Below, piece by piece: positions 43,401 to 54,300 of a stretch of 64,000 bases of DNA. The position numbers and the translations under genes were made by a program. Every line of letters begins with the position of its first letter. Position 1 is the first letter of the stretch. A model generated the notes under the pieces. The model ran no database searches. It worked only from the letters and a program-made list of their open reading frames with translations, and was not told the DNA's origin. The stretch lies in the NCBI RefSeq assembly GCF_009914755.1, contig NC_060946.1. One strand, 5' to 3'. This DNA is from the human T2T-CHM13v2.0 reference genome, Homo sapiens.

Positions 43401-45355
43401 CGCTCCAAATGTCCACTTCCAGATACTACAAAAAGAGTGTTTCAAACCTACTCTGTGAAAGGGAGTATTCAACTCTGTGACTTGAATACACATATCACAA
43501 AGAAGTTTCTGAGAATGCTTCTGTCGAGATTTTATATGAAGATATTCCCGTTTCCAACGAAATCCTGAAATCTATCCAAATATCCCCTCGCAGATTCTAC
43601 AAAAAGAGTGTTTCAAAACTGCTCTGTAAAAAGAAAGGTTCAACTCTGTTAGTTGAGTACACACATCACAAACAAGTTTCACAGAATGCTTCTTTCTAGC
43701 TTGTAGGGGAAGATATTCCCTTTATCACCATGGGCCTCAAACCGTCCGAAACGTCCACTTTTATATACTACAAAAAGAGCGTTTCAAACCTGCTCTATGA
43801 AAGGCAATGTTCAACTCTGTGACTTGAATGCAGACATTACAGAGCTGTTTCTGAGAATGCTTCTGTCTAGATTTTATAGGAAGATATTCCCGTTTCCAAC
43901 GAAATCTTCACAGCTATCCAAATATCCACTTGCAGATTCTACAAAAAGAGTGTATCAAAAATGCTCTGTCAAAAGGAAGGTTCTTCTCTGTTAGGTGAGT
44001 GCATACGTCATAAAGGAGTTTCTGAGAATGTTTCTGTCTAGTGGTTATGGGAAGATATTTGCTTTTTCACCGTAGGCCTCACAGCGCTCCAAATATCCAC
44101 TTGCACATACTACAAAAAGAGTGCTTCAAAGCTGCTCTCTGAAACGGAATGTTCAACTCTATGAGTTGAATGCAAACATCACAAAGACGTTTCTGAGAAT
44201 GCTTCTGTCTAGATTTGATATGAAGATATTCCCGTTTCCAACGAAACCTTCAAAACTATCCAAATGTCCACTTGCAGATTCAACAAAAAGTGTTTTTCAG
44301 AACTGCTCTATCAAAAGAAAGATCCACCGCTGTTTGCTGAGTTCACACATCACAAACAAGTTTATGAGAATGCTTCTGTCTAGTTTTTATTTGAAGATAT
44401 TTCCTTTCTCACCATAGACCTGAAAGCTGTCCTAATGTTCACTTCCAGATACTACAGAAAGAGTGTTTCAAAACTGCTGTACGAAAGGGAATGTTCAACA
44501 CTGTGACTTGAATGCACACATCACAAAGAAGTTTCTGAGGATGCTGCTGTCTACTTTTTATACGTAATCCCGTTTCCAACGAAATCCTCCAAGCTATCCA
44601 AATATCCACTTGCAGATTCCACAGAAAGACTGTTTCAAAACTGCTCTGTCAATAGAAAGGTTCAACTCTGTTAGCTGCGTGCATATATCCCAAAGAAGAT
44701 TCTGAGATTCCTTCTGTCTAGTTTTTATGGGAAGATATTTCCCTTTTCACCGTAGCGGTCAAGGCGCTCCAAATATCCACTTCCAGATACTACAAAAAGA
44801 GTGTTTCAAACCTACTCTGTGAAAGGGAATATTCAACTCTGTGACTTGAATGCAGATATCACAAAGAAGTTTCTGAGAATGCTTCTGTCGAGATTTTATA
44901 TGAAGATATTCCCGTTTCCAACGAAATCCTGAAATCTATCCAAATATCCCCTCGCAGATTCTACAAAAAGAGTGTTTCAAAACTGCTCTGTAAAAAGAAA
45001 GGTTCAACTCTGTTAGTTGAGTACACACATCACAAACAAGTTTCACAGAATGCTTCTTTCTAGCTTGTAGGGGAAGATATTCCCTTTATCACCATGGGCC
45101 TCAAACCGTCCGAAACGTCCACTTCCATATACTACAAAAAGAGCGTTTCAAACCTGCTCTATGAAAGTCAATGTTCAACTCTGTGACTTGAATGCAGACA
45201 TCACAGAGCAGTTTCTGAGAATGCTTCTGTCTAGATTTTATAGGAAGATATTCCCGTTTCCAACGAAATCTTCACAGCTATCCAAATATCCACTTGCAGA
45301 TTCTACAAAAAGAGTGTATCAAAACTGCTCTGTCAAAAGGAAGGTTCTTCTCTGT
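22500..45355. repeat. Homogeneous central block of HOR variants arranged in 2-HOR (2728 bp) and 3-HOR (4092 bp) super-periods
   Basis: Anchors are exactly 1364 bp apart from 21973 to 46525. Recurrent marker sets: gaaagtcaat, tctacatttt, cattacagagctg, aaaccttcaaaac/ccgctgtttg and gtagcggtc. Confidence 0.88.
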
Positions 45356-48300
45356 TATTTGAGTGCATACGTCATAAAGGAGTTTCTGAGAATGTTTCTG
45401 TCTAGTGGTTATGGGAAGATATTTGCTTTTTCACCGTAGGCCTCAGAGCGCTCCAAATATCCACTTGCACATGCTACAAAAAGAGTGCTTCAAAGCTGCT
45501 CTCTGAAACGGAATGTTCAACTCTATGAGTTGAATGCAAACATCACAAAGACGTTTCTGAGAATGCTTCTGTCGAGATTTTATATGAAGATATTCCCGTT
45601 TCCAACGAAATCTTCAAATCTATCCAAATGTCCACTTGCAGATTCAACAAAAAGTGTTTTTCAGAACTGCCCTACCAAAAGAAAGATCCACCTCTGTTAG
45701 CTGAGTTCACACATCACAAACAAGTTTATGAGAATGCTTCTGTCTAGTTTTTATTTGAAGATATTTCCTTTCTCACCATAGACCTGAAAGCAGTCCTAAT
45801 GTTCACTTCCAGATACTACAGAAAGAGTGTTTCAAAACTGCTGTACGAAAGGGAATGTTCAACACTGTGACTTGAATGCACACATCACAAAGAAGTTTCT
45901 GAGGATGCTGCTGTCCACTTTTTATACGTAATCCCGTTTCCAACGAAATCCTCCAAGCTATCCAAATATCCACTTGCAGATTCCACAGAAAGACTGTTTC
46001 AAAACTGCTCTGTCAATAGAAAGGTTCAACTCTGTTAGCTGCGTGCATATATCCCAAAGAAGATTCTGAGATTGCTTCTGTCTAGTTTTTATGGGAAGAT
46101 ATTTCCCTTTTCACCGTAGGCGTCAAGGCGCTCCAAATGTCTACTTCCAGATACTACAAAAAGAGTGTTTCAAACCTACTCTGTGAAAGGGAGTATTCAA
46201 CTCTGTGACTTGAATACACATATCACAAAGAAGTTTCTGAGAATGCTTCTGTCGAGATTTTATATGAAGATATTCCCGTTTCCAACGAAATCCTGAAATC
46301 TATCCAAATATCCCCTCGCAGATTCTACAAAAAGAGTGTTTCAAAACTGCTCTGTAAAAAGAAAGGTTCAACTCTGTTAGTTGAGTACACACATCACAAA
46401 CAAGTTTCACAGAATGCTTCTTTCTAGCTTGTAGGGGAAGATATTCCCTTTATCACCATGGGCCTCAAACCGTCCGAAACGTCTACTTACATATACTACA
46501 AAAAGAGCGTTTCAAACCTGCTCTATGAAAGGCAATGTTCAACTCTGTGACTTGAATGCAGACATCACAGAGCAGTTTCTGAAGAATGCTTCTGTCTACA
46601 TTTTATAGGAAGATATTCCCGTTTCCAACGAAATCTTCACAGCTATCCAAATATCCACTTGCAGATTCTACAAAAAGAGTGTATCAAAACTGCTCTGTCA
46701 AAAGGAAGGTTCTTCTCTGTTAGGTGAGTGCACACGTCATAAAGGAGTTTCTGAGAATGTTTCTGTCTAGTGGTTATGGGAAGATATTTGCTTTTTCACC
46801 GTAGGCCTCAGAGCGCTCCAAATATCCTCTTGCACATACTACAAAAAGAGTGCTTCAAAGCTGCTCTCTGAAACGGAATGTTCAACTCTATGAGTTGAAT
46901 GCAAACATCACAAAGACGTTTCTGAGAATGCTTCTGTCTAGATTTGATATGAAGATATTCCCGTTTCCAACGAAATCTTCAAATCTATCCAAATGTCCAC
47001 TTGCAGATTCAACAAAAAGTGTTTTTCAGAACTGCTCTATCAAAAGAAAGATCCACCTCTGTTAGCTGAGTTCACACATCACAAACAAGTTTATGAGAAT
47101 GCTTCTGTCTAGTTTTTATTTGAAGATATTTCCTTTCTCACCATAGACCTGAAAGCTGTCCTAATGTTCACTTCCAGATACTACAGAAAGAGTGTTTCAA
47201 AACTGCTGTACGAAAGGGAATGTTCAACACTGTGACTTGAATGCACACATCACAAAGAAGTTTCTGAGGATGCTGCTGTCTACTTTTTATACGTAATCCC
47301 GTTTCCAACGAAATCCTCCAAGCTATCCAAATATTCACTTGCAGATTCCACAGAAAGACTGTTTCAAAACTGCTCTGTCAATAGAAAGGTTCAACTCTGT
47401 TAGCTGCGTGCATATATCCCAAAGAAGTTTCTGAGATTACTTCTGTCTAGTTTTTATGGGAAGATATTTCCCTTTTCACCGTAGGCGTCAAGGCGCTCCA
47501 AATGTCCACTTCCAGATACTACAAAAAGAGTGTTTCAAACCTACTCTGTGAAAGGGAGTATTCAACTCTGTGACTTGAATGCAGATATCACAAAGAAGTT
47601 TCTGAGAATGCTTCTGTCGAGATTTTATATGAAGATATTCCCGTTTCCAACGAAATCCTGAAATCTATCCAAATATCCCCTCGCAGATTCTACAAAAAGA
47701 GTGTTTCAAAACTGCTCTGTAAAAAGAAAGGTTCAACTCTGTTAGTTGAGTACACACATCACAAACAAGTTTCACAGAATGCTTCTTTCTAGCTTGTAGG
47801 GGAAGATATTCCCTTTATCACCATGGGCCTCAAACCGTCCGAAACGTCCACTTTTATATACTACAAAAAGAGCGTTTCAAACCTGCTCTATGAAAGTCAA
47901 TGTTCAACTCTGTGACTTGAATGCAGACATCACAGAGCAGTTTCTGAGAATGCTTCTGTCTAGATTTTATAGGAAGATATTCCCGTTTCCAACGAAATCT
48001 TCACAGCTATCCAAATATCCACTTGCAGATTCTACAAAAAGTGTGTATCAAAACTGCTCTGTCAAAAGGAAGGTTCTTCTCTGTTAGGTGAGTGCATACG
48101 TCATAAAGGAGTTTCTGAGAATGTTTCTGTATAGTGGTTATGGGAAGATATTTGCTTTTTCACCGTAGGCCTCAGAGCGCTCCAAATATCCACTTGCACA
48201 TACTACAAAAAGAGTGCTTCAAAGCTGCTCTCTGAAACGGAATGTTCAACTCTATGAGTTGAATGCAAACATCACAAAGACGTTTCTGAGAATGCTTCTG

Positions 48301-51300
48301 TCTAGATTTGATATGAAGATATTCCTTTTTCCAAGGAAATCTTCAAAACTATCCAAATGTCCACTTGCAGATTCAACAAAAAGTGTTTTTCAGAACTGCT
48401 CTATCAAAAGAAAGATCCACCGTTGTTAGCTGAGTTCACACATCACAAACAAGTTTATGAGAATGCTTCTGTCTAGTTTTTATTTGAAGATATTTCCTTT
48501 CTCACCATAGACCTGAAAGCTGTCCTAATGTTCACTTCCAGATACTACAGAAAGAGTGTTTCAAAACTGCTGTACGAAAGGGAATGTTCAACTCTGTGAC
48601 TTGAATGCACACATCACAAAGAAGTTTCTGAGGATGCTGCTGTCTACTTTTTATACGTAATCCCGTTTCCAACGAAATCCTCCAAGCTATCCAAATATCC
48701 ACTTGCAGATTCCACAGAAAGACTGTTTCTAAACTGCTCTGTCAATAGAAAGGTTCAACTCTGTTAGCTGCGTGCATATATCCCAAAGAAGATTCTGAGA
48801 TTCCTTCTGTCTAGTTTTTATGGGAAGATATTTCCCTTTTCACCGTAGGGGTCAAGGCGCTCCAAATGTCCACTTCCAGATACTACAAAAAGAGTGTTTC
48901 AAACCTACTCTGTGAAAGGGAATATTCAACTCTGTGACTTGAATGCAGATATCACAAGAAGCTTCTGAGAATGCTTCTGTCGAGATTTTATATGAAGATA
49001 TTCCCGTTTCCAACGGAATCCTGAAATCTATCGAAATATCCCCTCGCAGATTCTACAAAAAGAGTGTTTCAAAACTGCTCTGTAAAAAGAAAGTTTCAAC
49101 TCTGTTAGTTGAGTACACACATCACAAACAAGTTTCACAGAATGCTTCTTTCTAGCTTGTAGGGGAAGATATTCCCTTTATCACCATGGTCCTCAAACCG
49201 TTCGAAACGTCCTCTTCCATATAGTACAAAAAGAGCGTTTCAAACCTGCTCTATGAAAGGCAATGTTCAACTCTGTGACTTGAATGCAGACATCACAGAG
49301 CAGTTTCTGAGAATGCTTCTGTCTAGATTTTATAGGAAGATATTCCCGTTTCCAACGAAATCTTCACAGCTATCCAAATATCCACTTGCAGATTCTACAA
49401 AAAGAGTGTATCAAAACTGCTCTGTCAAAAGGAAGGTTCTTCTCTGTTAGGTGAGTGCATACGTCATAAAGGAGTTTCTGAGAATGTTTCTGTCTAGTGG
49501 TTATGGGAAGATATTTGCTTTTTCACCGAAGGCCTCAGAGCGCTCCAAATATCCACTTGCACATACTACAAAAAGAGTGCTTCAAAGCTGCTCTCTGAAA
49601 CGGAATGTTCAACTCTAGGAGTTGAATGCAAACATCACAAAGACGTTTCTGAGAATGCTTCTGTCTAGATTTGATATGAAGATATTCCCGTTTCCAACGA
49701 AATCTTCAAATCTATCCAAATGTCCACTTGCAGATTCAACAAAAAGTGTTTTTCAGAACTGCTCTATCAAAAGAAAGATCCACCTCTGTTAGCTGAGTTC
49801 ACACATCACAAACAAGTTTATGAGAATGCTTCTGTCTAGTTTTTATTTGAAGATATTTCCTTTCTCACCATAGACCTGAAAGCTGTCCTAATGTTCACTT
49901 CCAGATACTACAGAAAGAGTGTTTCAAAACTGCTGTACGAAAGGGAATGTTCAACTCTGTGACTTGAATGCACACATCACAAAGAAGTTTCTGAGGATGC
50001 TGCTGTCTACTTTTTATACGTAATCCCGTTTCCAACGAAATCCTCCAAGCTATCCAAATATCCACTTGCAGATTCCACAGAAAGACTGTTTCAAAACTGC
50101 TCTGTCAATAGAAAGGTTCAAATCTGTTAGCTGCGTGCATATATCCCAAAGAAGATTCTGAGATTCCTTCTGTCTAGTTTTTATGGGAAGATATTTCCCT
50201 TTTCATCGTAGGGGTCAAGGCGCTCCAAATGTCCACTTCCAGATACTACAAAAAGAGTGTTTCAAACCTACTCTGTGAAAGGGAATATTCAACTCTGTGA
50301 CTTGAATGCAGATATCACAAGAAGTTTCTGAGAATGCTTCTGTCGAGATTTTATATGAAGATATTCCCGTTTCCAACGAAATCCTGAAATCTATCCAAAT
50401 ATCCCCTCGCAGATTCTACAAAAAGAGTGTTTCAAAACTGCTCTGTAAAAAGAAAGGTTCAACTCTGTTAGTTGAGTACACACATCACAAACAAGTTTCA
50501 CAGAATGCTTCTTTCTAGCTTGTAGGGGAAGATATACCCTTTATCACCATGGTCCTCAAACCATTCGAAACGTCCTCTTCCATATAGTACAAAAAGAGCG
50601 TTTCAAACCTGCTCTATGAAAGGCAATGTTCAACTCTGTGACTTGAATGCAGACATCACAGAGCAGTTTCTGAGAATGCTTCTGTCTAGATTTTATAGGA
50701 AGATATTCCCGTTTCCAACGAAATCTTCACAGCTATCCAAATATCCACTTGCAGATTCTACAAAAAGAGTGTATCAAAACTGCTCTGTCAAAAGGAAGGT
50801 TCTTCTCTGTTAGGTGAGTGCATACGTCATAAAGCAGTTTCTGAGAATGTTTCTGTCTAGTGGTTATGGGAAGATATTTGCTTTTTCCCTATAGGCCTCA
50901 GAGCGCTCCAAATATCCACTTGCACATACTACAAAAAGAGTGCTTCAAAGCTGCTCTCTGAAACGGAATGTTCAACTCTATGAGTTGAATGCAAACATCA
51001 CAAAGACGTTTCTGAGAATGCTTCTGTCTAGATTTGATATGAAGATATTCCCGTTTCCAACGAAATCTTCAAATCTATCCAAATGTCCACTTGCAGATTC
51101 AACAAAAAGTGTTTTTCAGAACTGCTCTATCAAAAGAAAGATCCACCTCTGTTAGCTGAGTTCACACATCACAAACAAGTTTATGAGAATGCTTCTGTCT
51201 AGTTTTTATTTGAAGATATTTCCTTTCTCACCATAGACCTGAAAGCTGTCCTAATGTTCACTTCCAGATACTACAGAAAGAGTGTTTCAAAACTGCTGTA

Positions 51301-54300
51301 CGAAAGGGAATGTTCAACTCTGTGACTTGAATGCACACATCACAAAGAAGTTTCTGAGGATGCTGCTGTCTACTTTTTATACGTAATCCCGTTTCCAACG
51401 AAATCCTCCAAGCTATCCAAATATCCACTTGCAGATTCCACAGAAAGACTGTTTCAAAACTGCTCTGTCAATAGAAAGGTTCAACTCTGTTAGCTGCGTG
51501 CATATAACCCAAAGAAGATTCTGAGATTGCTTCTGTCTACTTTTTATGAGAAGTTATTTCCCTTTTCACCGTAGGCGTCAAGGCGCTCCAAATGTCCACT
51601 TCCAGACTACTACAAAAAGGGTTTTTCAAACCTAGTCTGTGAAAGGGAATATTCAACTCTGTGACTTGAATGCACATATCACAAAGAAGTTTCTGAGAAT
51701 GCTTCTGTCGAGATTTTATATGAAGATATTCCCGTTTCCAACGAAATCCTGAAATCTATCCAAATATCCCCTCGCAGATTCTACAAAAAGAGTGTTTCAA
51801 AACTGCTCTGTAAAAAGAAAGGTTCAACTCTGTTAGTTGAGTACACACATCACAAACAAGTTTCACAGAATGCTTCTTTCTAGCTTGTAGGGGAAGATAT
51901 TCCCTTTATCACCATGGGCCTCAAACCGTCCGAAACGTCCACTTCCATATACTACAAAAAGAGCGTTTCAAACCTGCTCTAGGAAAGGCAATGTTCAACT
52001 CTGTGACTTGAATGCAGACATCACAGAGCAGTTTCTGAGAATGCTTCTGTCTAGATTTTATAGGAAGATATTCCCGTTTCCAACGAAATCTTCACAGCTA
52101 TCCAAATATCCACTTGCAGATTCTACAAAAAGAGTGTATCAAAACTGCTCTGTCAAAAGGAAGGTTCTTCTCTGTTAGGTGAGTGCATACGTCATAAAGG
52201 AGTTTCTGAGAATGTTTCAGTCTAGTGTTTATGGGAAGATATTTGCTTTTTCCCCGTAGGCCTCAGAGCGCTCCAAATATCCACTTGCACATACTACAAA
52301 AAGAGTGCTTCAAAGCTGCTCTCTGAAACGGAATGTTCAACTCTATGAGTTGAATGCAAACATCACAAAGACGTTTCTGAGAATGCTTCTGTCTAGATTT
52401 GATATGAAGATATTCCTTTTTCCAAGGAAATCTTCAAATCTATCCAAATGTCCACTTGCAGATTCAACAAAAAGTGTTTTTCAGAACTGCTCTATCAAAA
52501 GAAAGATCCACCTCTGTTAGCTGAGTTCACACATCACAAACAAGTTTATGAGAATGCTTCTGTCTAGTTTTTATTTGAAGATATTTCCTTTCTCACCATA
52601 GACCTGAAAGCTGTCCTAATGTTCACTTCCAGATACTACAGAAGGAGTGTTTCAAAACTGCTGTACGAAAGGGAATGTTCAACTCTGTGACTTGAATGCA
52701 CACATCACAAAGAAGTTTCTGAGGATGCTGCTGTCTACTTTTTATACGTAATCCCGTTTCCAACGAAATCCTCCAAGCTATCCAAATATCCACTTGCAGA
52801 TTCCACAGAAAGACTGTTTCAAAACTGCTCTGTCAATAGAAAGGTTCAACTCTGTTAGCTGCGTGCATATATCCCAAAGAAGATTCTGAGATTACTTCTG
52901 TCTAGTTTTTATGGGAAGATATTTCCCTTTTCACCGTAGGCGTCAAGGCGCTCCAAATGTCCACTTCCAGATACTACAAAAAGAGTGTTTCAAACCTACT
53001 CTGTGAAAGGGAATATTCAACTCTGTGACTTGAATGCACATATCACAAGAAGTTTCTGAGAATGCTTCTGTCGAGATTTTATATGAAGATATTCCCGTTT
53101 CCAACGAAATCCTGAAATCTATCCAAATATCCCCTCGCAGATTCTACAAAAAGAGTGTTTCAAAACTGCTCTGTAAAAAGAAAGGTTCAACTCTGTTAGT
53201 TGAGTACACACATCACAAACAAGTTTCACAGAATGCTTCTTTCTAGCTTGTAGGGGAAGATATACCCTTTATCAACATGGTCCTCAAACCGTTCGAAACG
53301 TCCTCTTCCATATAGTACAAAAAGAGCGTTTCAAACCTGCTCTATGAAAGGCAATGTTCAACTCTGTGACTTGAATGCAGACATCACAGAGCAGTTTCTG
53401 AGAATGCTTCTGTCTAGATTTTATAGGAAGATATTCCCGTTTCCAACGAAATCTTCACAGCTATCCAAATATCCACTTGCAGATTCTACAAAAAGAGTGT
53501 ATCAAAACTGCTCTGTCAAAAGGAAGGTTCTTCTCTGTTAGGTGAGTGCATACGTCATAAAGCAGTTTCTGAGAATGTTTCTGTCTAGTGGTTATGGGAA
53601 GATATTTGCTTTTTCCCTATAGGCCTCAGAGCGCTCCAAATATCCACTTGCACATACTACAAAAAGAGTGCTTCAAAGCTGCTCTCTGAAACGGAATGTT
53701 CAACTCTATGAGTTGAATGCAAACATCACAAAGACGTTTCTGAGAATGCTTCTGTCTAGATTTGATATGAAGATATTCCCGTTTCCAACGAAATCTTCAA
53801 ATCTATCCAAATGTCCACTTGCAGATTCAACAAAAAGTGTTTTTCAGAACTGCTCTATCAAAAGAAAGATCCACCTCTGTTAGCTGAGTTCACACATCAC
53901 AAACAAGTTTATGAGAATGCTTCTGTCTAGTTTTTATTTGAAGATATTTCCTTTCTCACCATAGACCTGAAAGCTGTCCTAATGTTCACTTCCAGATACT
54001 ACAGAAAGAGTGTTTCAAAACTGCTGTACGAAAGGGAATGTTCAACTCTGTGACTTGAATGCACACATCACAAAGAAGTTTCTGAGGATGCTGCTGTCTA
54101 CTTTTTATACGTAATCCCGTTTCCAACGAAATCCTCCAAGCTATCCAAATATCCACTTGCAGATTCCACAGAAAGACTGTTTCAAAACTGCTCTGTCAAT
54201 AGAAAGGTTCAACTCTGTTAGCTGCGTGCATATAACCCAAAGAAGATTCTGAGATTGCTTCTGTCTACTTTTTATGAGAAGATATTTCCCTTTTCACCGT

